Assembly: GCA_043798045.1 (NCBI GenBank)
Contig: JAZDPD010000146.1
Location: forward strand, 1 to 32,373
Source: Candidatus Omnitrophota bacterium
GTDB lineage: Bacteria > Omnitrophota > Gorgyraeia > Zapsychrales > Fredricksoniimonadaceae
Reading direction: 5' to 3'
DNA: 32,373 bases
Translations under genes and position numbers: made by a program
Part shown: positions 21,901-27,883 of the stretch, piece by piece
How the letters are laid out: every line of letters begins with the position of its first letter
Position numbering within the stretch: the first letter of the stretch is position 1
The notes under the pieces: model-generated
What the model was told of the DNA's origin: nothing
The model's input: the letters and a program-made list of their open reading frames with translations, nothing else
The model's database searches: none

Positions 21901-23329
21901 CCCCTTCCTGAACATCCGCATAAAACCACTTCACCCTTTGCATGTCCGCCAAAGAAACAGCCTGAAACACGCCATCCTTTCCGGCACCCGCAATCTTTCT
22001 TTCCTTAAAACGATCCGCATCCGTTACCCTAGGATCAAACAATTCCTGCGCCTCGCGGCTTAGCCGCTCCATTTTCGCGTTGGCAGCCTCCTGATAATCC
22101 AAGGCTTCTTGCTGTGCAGCCGTCATCATAGAATGATCCGCTTTCTTAAATATAGGATCGACCCTAAACTTCAAATTAAATTTCTGATCAACATCGCGGG
22201 CTATCGATGACAAATCAGTAACATGCACAAGCTGTATCTGACTGAAAACTTCTCCACCGGAGAAATAATGACGGGTAGACACCATTTCGGGCATGCCATG
22301 GTGTGCCCCTACATCTTCTTTTATGTAATTGAAGACACCCTGCTTATACGCCGCAACATAACGCTGATAAATTTCATCCTTTATCTGTTTCTCATCAGAT
22401 AAAACACCAGCCACCTTGTTTTGGCCAACATAGGATGTCCCCATAAATGTGCTCTTGATTAATTCTCGATACCATTTAGCCAAAATAGCCGCATGATACA
22501 CTTGACGGATGGCAGCGAAATTCTCACCCTCATTCACTTCTTTTTCAAGGGCGGGGAGGATGATTTCACGAAGGATATTCTTGGATATTTCACCCGAATC
22601 ATTCATGGAATGTACGGGCGAAGCTTCCTCGCCCAATATTGGGCGGAGTGACGCCATTTCGGGCACGCCATGGCGTGCCCCTACGACATCATGATTCATC
22701 GCCACATAATCCGTATCCAACATAACCTTCAAACGCGCTTGGGTTACATAAACCGCATTGCCTTTTTCAAACACCTCCGCCTTATCCGGCATGATCCAAA
22801 CTTTATTGAATGTATCGACGGGAATATCGGTGGTGCCAAATTTAGCCTGGGATTGTTCATACACCTTGGCCCAGAATTCTTTGCCTAAACCTTTTTCCGG
22901 ATTAATCAATGAGGCAGTAATTTGTTTTAACAGATAATCCTGCGCCAGCATATCGCGGCCCAAAAGAGTCTGACTCAAATCATTTTCCATCACCCGGTCT
23001 TTTTCATACGGGGAAAGGTTGACCCACAGTTGCGCCTCAGGAACCGTAATAGCGGCCAGAAAATACTTAACAGAACGAACTCCATCATTTTTAATAACCA
23101 CAGGGTCATTCCCAAGACTGCCAGCATTCACAATAAAATCAAAATCAAACGGTTTGTCGGGATGAATCACCATGCCTTTGACCAAAACGGGCGTAAACGA
23201 TGAAGAAACTCCCACCATCGTACCCGGCTCAGGTAATTGAGACACAAAAAGACTCTGCGCATAAGACATCTCGGGCGTTAACACCATTAACATCGATAAA
23301 ACAACAGCCAGAAATCTAGATATATACAT
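15926..23329 (-). CDS. Paralog 5: signal peptide + carrier domain + 2H phosphoesterase + degenerate Nudix-like + PEP-synthase/PPDK-type ATP-grasp and phospho-His domains + helical domain + second degenerate 2H + C-terminal GGID motif
   Basis: 2467 aa. 2H: IHLTI / FHSTV. Dikinase: VGAKGANL, AVRSSANAED, VWASLYS, VLQQFI, WGLGESVVQG, DLEYA..IYIVQTRPL. His domain: GVITQQGMEVAHATNNSRENRIPCVVG. No pyruvate-binding barrel, so not called ppsA. Confidence 0.9.
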   Translation of the reverse strand: MYISRFLAVVLSMLMVLTPEMSYAQSLFVSQLPEPGTMVGVSSSFTPVLVKGMVIHPDKPFDFDFIVNAGSLGNDPVVIKNDGVRSVKYFLAAITVPEAQLWVNLSPYEKDRVMENDLSQTLLGRDMLAQDYLLKQITASLINPEKGLGKEFWAKVYEQSQAKFGTTDIPVDTFNKVWIMPDKAEVFEKGNAVYVTQARLKVMLDTDYVAMNHDVVGARHGVPEMASLRPILGEEASPVHSMNDSGEISKNILREIILPALEKEVNEGENFAAIRQVYHAAILAKWYRELIKSTFMGTSYVGQNKVAGVLSDEKQIKDEIYQRYVAAYKQGVFNYIKEDVGAHHGMPEMVSTRHYFSGGEVFSQIQLVHVTDLSSIARDVDQKFNLKFRVDPIFKKADHSMMTAAQQEALDYQEAANAKMERLSREAQELFDPRVTDADRFKERKIAGAGKDGVFQAVSLADMQRVKWFYADVQEGVRGVLGQNSSIMNVALDKIHLTIAPEGFQVGPTPFPSFQEVVDEVSKDIGQSFGAFDIRLLGPRLMPDGAVIMEFEITDPKFLYLRKRAQQRQDQRKAMGISSESVEIRVPDIFHSTVSLVTDTGVSQEHMKALFEYLERYRANMVPIDIKVRQIAVIQGIGKSRSYSKIEQLPLDQNDASQRVELENPHINSAVEKLVSIRSSFARGDYQSQQDNVNQVLKDLTTYMADYGVTQDSPVLSLYYLAKVMVKAVKASKFLFIEGGERRPTQVMLIDEEGREVLLQQRGPYKRLFADKQAIAVNVSKSEGPASVARAIKDELGLDVDMSRLTIKDQEYTDNLVALDLYALTDQENEDLKSAVEKISAEHHDPVNGVSVEYDPLRRSAIVYSLKPNVLLDKVKAVAALVQDLSKVPYMYPVNERMTARLAIYRFNHDEKAALLKQSDENTKKRYQALSRMNKGGYAAEQLGELEKDLVAWDSDSMIFSSIENMLASFEESPSAFALDLMLPYLQDSDLWRDMAMAGQYVVPVNSRLLGDTTIVGAKGANLKRLQLLARKIEGLKIPKTSAVSREAFEDLVLRNKEISALIHQLNPFVKNVWERTENLEKVESAILKLGGKKPEEKAALKYKKDQFVKANVKDQNEIRGILKLIRDKIRYIELPDVMKAQVRMVFYKLGGNIAVRSSANAEDIEGFSASGLGESFVNVTKIEDVYTHIKDVWASLYSDGFMAALIKRRNKADDVRMPVVLQQFIDAKAAGVINTYDVSSFRTVYKIVGNWGLGESVVQGEGKRQDKWIVGLSPRDEFDILEKSIGPKNVFVVADAGLQTRKINLDDVSAIHDDVYDDLAKKNALPSLIETDVLRLAQQVEQIHRVYKKKGWADQIDLEYAQDKNGDIYIVQTRPLNVDSDSKEKVSVEVVDEDALPVNVIKVSLDGVTAQVGVVVAPLLVTDKIPSSEESFKKIIVTGNTNNQWNEVFHHFGGVITQQGMEVAHATNNSRENRIPCVVGASDAIQLLNSHNGEVVTFDAYHQKIYIGEVRTKTIEIEKNVWVNREDVEALRAQQKAHELKRPFVSSMQEWPAVFKQYFDGNLRRRSAHYTTFQIDYYYVTWDRLTKYLNEKYKDRRPFELKTQKRVIRDEGLFNQIVDDDTTTIYYFLAGLKDLSIQDMWDLYNDRMVGLDRFVKYFQDLKTIDAENIEQVMDELVEGFKWMHVAYWLGAVDYELFIIRQSAYMDYLFYPKYQNAAVGSLDDKYLVNLSKERDMEVEIVLERLRRNPDLRTLQDASSVQVFADFIKNVDPLLHQRIASWSNIYKRGQENIELIDETDEYYQILYNNLKVLKSTKDRENEVALIASSVRMAFRLRKVSLDTTMEVLKSKHPDLYYFVSSYVRSRLVEQEVSAEQNRTERHSIWLMNNIDPEVIDSHMQDEFNKIVKVIQEQMKKDKEYLHRIKEYPQLLMAMQLDKVERTLREDGHHYAIRAQRPLAKAMLKAAEQMPFFKSPDEVFLYGIEELIEIFKTGGNDVIKKSVHWRDRVREADNYMWRVWGKFAEEYEDSRELAHLLSVPYHRYLVAMYQVMGMINEQRKKTRLKRLQDWYLSEITRIRQRVADTKVLLDQMEVFNSLQFTKDKERAFNVFRESEQALDKVVNNEGGAFFSVFQKGIEHNRQLKGEELAVFFPTQASEGINAVVEQTISIAKKELSSGNQSGLTENIFIHASDAFIQLAFYERSKGALRSDFDEVKRLVSENAVSMDPFVVKLIGPRLMKDGFIVLEYEIMSPKIDALRRVIKKDIRSLERRSIEMISNPIANERIKQSTRSLSFQEEDKIREEAFKEVQPGFESFNAGVPEIYHSTIGVLKDRSISQDDLVRLRQRFHEIREDIAFQRPQIFLIDSLVLADVDVKDRRVLKSLKMSLSINGNGRVISDDAMSSDLGGIDISNINLKSTGLIGEKADIKMSQYLLDQGFNGFVPVLMGISPINDIMPLFQTASGSGGVQ
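22289..22312 (-). repeat. Degenerate GTAG-type REP palindrome in frame (encodes VGAHHGMP)
   Basis: Minus strand GTAG-GGGCACACCATGGCATGCCC, two substitutions relative to the 22661 copy. Confidence 0.7.
22612..22684. repeat. REP doublet (REPIN-like), in frame within paralog 5
   Basis: GTAC-GGGCGAAGCTTCCTCGCCC ... GGGCACGCCATGGCGTGCCC-CTAC. Confidence 0.82.
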
Positions 23330-23354
23330 AATGCTTACTCCTATTATTTAATGC

Positions 23355-26300
23355 TCACTCTAATCCCAACACAGTCGACAACGCCTTGATTGGCGCAATA
23401 TTAATAATGACTGGCGTGAAGCCATTAAAGCCATTCTTAATCACATCACGCACCGCGTCATCATTAAACTCGATCTTGACTGTGCCGGTTTTGCTAACAT
23501 TAATATTCTGAATGTCGATACCACCGTTTTGGGCACGATCAATTATGTACGTCCCATCCAGAATTTTTTCAATGTCGGTATACGCATCCTTGGCATGATC
23601 CGGTTTAAGGCCAGGAACAACAACTAATCCGAAAAGTATTGATTCATACCAATCCTTGATTGCTTTCAAAAGCACTTTAAGCCCACCTTTAACAACCTCA
23701 TCTTGACCTGGATTATAAAGTTCTTTATTGATTATGCGTAACGTAACAGTATCTTTCGCCTTTAAATCCTCCACAATAAATCCGCGTAGTAATCTGCCGA
23801 TGGAACGAACGTGCATCATCATTGGCGGCTCTTCAATAATACGCAGCTCATCTGGATTCCAAACCCCTAACATTTCAATGGCATTCTCGACTAATGCCTC
23901 TTTCACGCCCAATGAAGCATTCCTGTACCGCTCAACATACCTGGCTATGAATTGATTTGAACTCTTGAGAATATCCCAATATTTATACCCCGCGAAGATA
24001 ATACCCGCCGCTGGTAACGCGATAATGGCGGCAACAACAAGATCAGTCGGGAGCATGGCAAAATCAGGCTGCATCGAATTTTGTGTTGCCAAAAGCACCG
24101 GCTCGGCGTTTGCCAAAGCTTTAGACGACCTCCAATTGATATACCCTGAATCCACTTCCTCAAGCGAACGGTCCCCCAATAAAATCCTTAGGGCCCCTGA
24201 TTGGGCCCTATGGCCAAAAGCAATAACCGTGCCCCCTTTAAAACGCGCATTCACCGCGTCAAGCCACCTCTTGCTCCGTATTAAAACATCAATATAACTT
24301 TCTCCGCCTAAAGGCCGGATCACTGCATTTAAACCATAGCGGTATTGTTGGGCGTAAGGATCATTCAAAACACCAACAACCACATTTTCATGATTACCAA
24401 AATTTATTTCCTGAATTCCCTGTCGAAGAACTGGTTCATCCACCACAAGCACCTTGCCGCCCGCCTTACGATACATTTCAAGAAAAACGTCAGATGTTTC
24501 CTCTGCACGTCCCGCTGGACTTCTTATCACAACAATCTCTTCACCTGAAACAATCTTGTCTCTTAAGGCCTCAACTATTTTTAAAGCCGCAGCACGCGCC
24601 TGTTCTTTCCCTCTTGGATTAAGCTGATTGATGGCTTCATCAGAAACACCCTGGAAAACATTCATCACATTTCCAAAAGTCTCGCCGTGACGCACATACC
24701 ACAACGTAAAATCAGGAACAAATGCAACGCCATCACCATGCTTAATACGCCCCGTATTTTTATTGTACAAAATCTTACCGTCAAGCTCCGGGATCGGGCT
24801 CACATCCTGATCATTCAACACATCAAACAACACCTGCGTTTCATAAACCGGGCCAAAACCTTTTGAAATATCTTTCGGATCAGAAATGTGAATCTTGGTA
24901 TGCACCTTATCCTCATCCGACGCACCAAGCATATCCCTCAACTCTTTGGCAAGCGCCCTAAACTGCACCGCCGACTGATTATTTGTTCCCTGAATAAACA
25001 AAAATACCACCGGGCCCTGCGTCATATAGGGCACGAGATCGCGCTCAACAAATTCTTTGCCATCGTGCATACGATAGAATTTCCGCGCCTGATCAGGAGT
25101 GAGCATAATCGGCTCACTGGCTTTAACAATTTTATAGCCAGCCGCCTCTATGCGAGGAGCGATCAAACTCAAACCAGAGATAAAGCCATCTCCTTTTTTC
25201 AAATTAACAGCGTCGGGCTTGATAATTGCGATTGTGTTAAATCCATCGCGGACACCGTTTAAAAAATCTAATCGCTCTTTCATTGAAAAAACCGCCATCG
25301 CCTCGTCGGCGACATTCGCAGACAAAGCTGAATCAACTAGCGCAACCCTATTCATCATCAATATGTCAATTTGATTGACGGCTTCATGTGCCATATAAGG
25401 AGTAATCGCTACAGAAAATTCCTTTTCATTCGCAAGCTTCATTAAAGAATCTTTTGCTATGTTTAAGATTTCATGCAAACGATCTATTTCTTTAACAGAA
25501 GTCTCGGGATGATGAATGATGCTCGAAATAACATCAAATGATGTTGTCTGATGCGATGCGATATCCTGCTTGATAAATCGATCCAGCGTTAATCTCAAGG
25601 TGCTTTTCTTTCCAAACCATGAATACGATTTAACATTCCCCATACCAACATCATAAAATCCCATCAATCCAGACAGCACATTCGAAATAAGATTTCTTCG
25701 CCCCATAACGTCGGATCGGCGATACAAATCATCATTACTTTCGACTGATTCTCTAACATCCCTAAATTCAAGGAATAATAACAACGCTCCCAAAAATGAA
25801 CCCAAAAATACATAACTGCCTTGCATCAAAACCAGCATCGACGCATCAGGCGGAGTGATCACATTGTCAGATAAGGCCAATGAAACCCGCTGTACCCCAA
25901 ACAGTGCCTCATGAGAGTAATTGCCACCCATCGCCATATCAACTTTAAACATAGAGCCAATAGATGGGCGAACGGACATGGCATTATAAGTTTTCATTAA
26001 AGGAACATTCTTCATGGCGAAACCGGAAATACCGCCGGAGAAATATTGGCGGGGCTCACCTTGGTGCGGCAAACGGTTGGCGTCCTGGGTCGCTTTCGAA
26101 TCCAGCGCAACATTGCTTGGCAACGTGCTTGGGGACACAGAGCCCCGTTGATCATTTTGTATCGGGGCACTATGTCCCCGGGTTGGCAATGGTTGTTGAT
26201 CATCATCCTTAATATAATTAAAAACGCCCTTTTTATACGCGGCGATGTAACGCTGGTAAATCTCTTCCTTTAATGTCTTTTGATCGGTTGTTACACCACC

Positions 26301-27254
26301 AACCTTATTGGTGCCGACGTAGGCATTGGCGAGCAATGTTTTTTGGATTTTCTCGCGGTACCATTTGGCCAAAATAGCGGCGTGGAAAACTTGTCGGATG
26401 GCGGCGAAGTTTTTGCCTTCGTTGACTTCTTTTTCGAGGGCGGGGAGGATGATTTCTCGGAGGATATTTTTGGATATTTCATCCGAATCATCCAAGACGG
26501 GCACGCCATGGCGTGCCCTTACGTTTGCCTCATTGGCCGCAACATAATCAGAATCGAGCATCACCTTTAAACGGGCTTGTGTGACATAAACCGCATTGCC
26601 TTTTTCAAACACTTCCGCCTTATCCGGCATGATCCATACTTTATTGAAAGTATCAACAGGGATATCCGTGGTGCCGAATTTGGCCAGCGCCTGTTCATAA
26701 ACCTTGGCCCATAATTCTTTGCCCAATCCTTTTTCGGGATAAATCAACGATGCGGTAAGTTGCTTTAATAAATAATCCTGCGCCAACATGTCACGACCTA
26801 AAACGGTTTGGCCTAAATCATTCTCAATCACACGATCTTTTTCATACGGGGAAAGGTTGACCCAGAGATGGTCTTCAGGGACCGTGATGGCCGCGAGGAA
26901 ATATTTGGCCATGCGCATGGTTTCTTCTTCAATCGGGCGGGTCACAGACCCGCCCCTACGGATATCCGCCTCTGCATCAGCGTCATTACGTAATGGCACG
27001 CCATGGCGTGCCTTCATGGCATCGCCCGAATCAACAATAAAATCAAAATTTAGCGGCTTATCAGGATGAATCACCATGCCCTTAACGAGCACAGGCGTGA
27101 AAGATGATGACACCCCAACCATGGTGCCTGGCTCAGGAAGTTGTGACACAAACAAGCTCTGGGCGTAGGAAAACTCGGGGCTAATCAAAAGGGCGGACAC
27201 AAGCACCATGCTCATTAACCTGCGCCAAACTTGAGAATATAATAAATTAATCAT
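23355..27254 (-). CDS. Paralog 6: signal peptide + carrier domain + TM-helical module + nucleoside-diphosphate kinase + histidine phosphatase (PGM family) + second TM-helical module + C-terminal GGID motif
   Basis: The ORF extends to 27302; ATG 27254 with upstream AGGA is preferred. NDK: TIAIIKPDAV, ARKFYRMHDGKEF, YMTQGPV, KIHISD. His phosphatase: YVRHGET, SPAGRAEET, QEINFG, GGES, FGH. Confidence 0.9.
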   Translation of the reverse strand: MINLLYSQVWRRLMSMVLVSALLISPEFSYAQSLFVSQLPEPGTMVGVSSSFTPVLVKGMVIHPDKPLNFDFIVDSGDAMKARHGVPLRNDADAEADIRRGGSVTRPIEEETMRMAKYFLAAITVPEDHLWVNLSPYEKDRVIENDLGQTVLGRDMLAQDYLLKQLTASLIYPEKGLGKELWAKVYEQALAKFGTTDIPVDTFNKVWIMPDKAEVFEKGNAVYVTQARLKVMLDSDYVAANEANVRARHGVPVLDDSDEISKNILREIILPALEKEVNEGKNFAAIRQVFHAAILAKWYREKIQKTLLANAYVGTNKVGGVTTDQKTLKEEIYQRYIAAYKKGVFNYIKDDDQQPLPTRGHSAPIQNDQRGSVSPSTLPSNVALDSKATQDANRLPHQGEPRQYFSGGISGFAMKNVPLMKTYNAMSVRPSIGSMFKVDMAMGGNYSHEALFGVQRVSLALSDNVITPPDASMLVLMQGSYVFLGSFLGALLLFLEFRDVRESVESNDDLYRRSDVMGRRNLISNVLSGLMGFYDVGMGNVKSYSWFGKKSTLRLTLDRFIKQDIASHQTTSFDVISSIIHHPETSVKEIDRLHEILNIAKDSLMKLANEKEFSVAITPYMAHEAVNQIDILMMNRVALVDSALSANVADEAMAVFSMKERLDFLNGVRDGFNTIAIIKPDAVNLKKGDGFISGLSLIAPRIEAAGYKIVKASEPIMLTPDQARKFYRMHDGKEFVERDLVPYMTQGPVVFLFIQGTNNQSAVQFRALAKELRDMLGASDEDKVHTKIHISDPKDISKGFGPVYETQVLFDVLNDQDVSPIPELDGKILYNKNTGRIKHGDGVAFVPDFTLWYVRHGETFGNVMNVFQGVSDEAINQLNPRGKEQARAAALKIVEALRDKIVSGEEIVVIRSPAGRAEETSDVFLEMYRKAGGKVLVVDEPVLRQGIQEINFGNHENVVVGVLNDPYAQQYRYGLNAVIRPLGGESYIDVLIRSKRWLDAVNARFKGGTVIAFGHRAQSGALRILLGDRSLEEVDSGYINWRSSKALANAEPVLLATQNSMQPDFAMLPTDLVVAAIIALPAAGIIFAGYKYWDILKSSNQFIARYVERYRNASLGVKEALVENAIEMLGVWNPDELRIIEEPPMMMHVRSIGRLLRGFIVEDLKAKDTVTLRIINKELYNPGQDEVVKGGLKVLLKAIKDWYESILFGLVVVPGLKPDHAKDAYTDIEKILDGTYIIDRAQNGGIDIQNINVSKTGTVKIEFNDDAVRDVIKNGFNGFTPVIINIAPIKALSTVLGLE
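26063..26195. repeat. ~130 bp hairpin-containing in-frame insertion element, copy B
   Basis: Highly similar to 15451-15582 but located in a different loop of the carrier domain. Confidence 0.75.
26499..26522 (-). repeat. REP palindrome in frame (encodes VRARHGVP)
   Basis: Minus strand GTAA-GGGCACGCCATGGCGTGCCC. Confidence 0.75.
26935..27012. repeat. Pair of REP palindromes in frame (RRGGSVTRP and ARHGVP)
   Basis: GGGCGGGTC-ACA-GACCCGCCC-CTAC (26935-26959) and GGCACGCCATGGCGTGCC (26995-27012). Confidence 0.78.
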
Positions 27255-27379
27255 TGAATGATTCCTGTTTATTTTTGTCACACCGCCCAAGGCAATCATC
27301 ATCGAACCAGGAGAAACCCCTACAAATCATTTTGTTAGAAAATTGACTCTAACAGCATCGACCTGTTAATTCTGCATAA

Positions 27380-27826
27380 TTATAATGGCCACAAAAAACC
27401 CTTCGCCGAATTAACAGCAAAGGGAACAATTAATTCATGATTCTCTATTTCCTGAACACGCTCATATCCGACTTTGGCTAGCCAGCGCTTGAACGGCTCG
27501 GCTTTAGGTAACGGGATCGATTGAATAAGCCGGAAAATCCCCTCGGTATTCCAACAATACATTTTCTGCAGGCCACCCGCTGTATCAATTTCAATAAAAA
27601 GGGGTGGTACAAATTGTACCCCCCCTTTTTGCATTAACTCCGCAAGCTCTTTATCCCTCATTTTCAACCGTTTGAAATATTGCGCAGGGTCTTTCGAATC
27701 ACACAATGTTTCAATAACATCATTGATCACGAACCACCATTCATTATTATGAATGACTTTAGGAATCTTCCGCCCTTGAAAAATGGCAATGTTATGGATC
27801 ACAGGCATGGTTTCTTTTTCAGGCAT
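27380..27826 (-). CDS. Bro-N domain (phage antirepressor-like) protein, probably C-terminally truncated
   Basis: IAIFQGRKI..IHNNEWWFVINDVIETL...YFKRLK...NTEGIFRLIQSIPLPKAEPFKRWLAKVGYERVQEIEN. Good RBS (GGAGG). The ORF ends about 20 aa after the Bro-N domain. Confidence 0.85.
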   Translation of the reverse strand: MPEKETMPVIHNIAIFQGRKIPKVIHNNEWWFVINDVIETLCDSKDPAQYFKRLKMRDKELAELMQKGGVQFVPPLFIEIDTAGGLQKMYCWNTEGIFRLIQSIPLPKAEPFKRWLAKVGYERVQEIENHELIVPFAVNSAKGFLWPL

Positions 27827-27883
27827 ATACCCTCCATGGGCTTAATTAATTAAACCCATGATGCCACTCATATGTGTGGTACG

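Noticed and set aside
4455-22735. Near-identical repeats as DGR template/variable regions
   Set aside because: No reverse transcriptase in the window, differences are not adenine-specific, and all copies lie mid-gene in conserved domains.
4530-27012. Palindromic repeats as a CRISPR array
   Set aside because: They are dispersed over kilobases with no regular repeat-spacer period, and there are no cas genes.
1618-27254. Assigning housekeeping symbols glgA, ppsA, ndk or gpm
   Set aside because: Each is only a divergent domain inside a much larger signal-peptide-bearing protein, so orthology to the housekeeping genes is unsupported.
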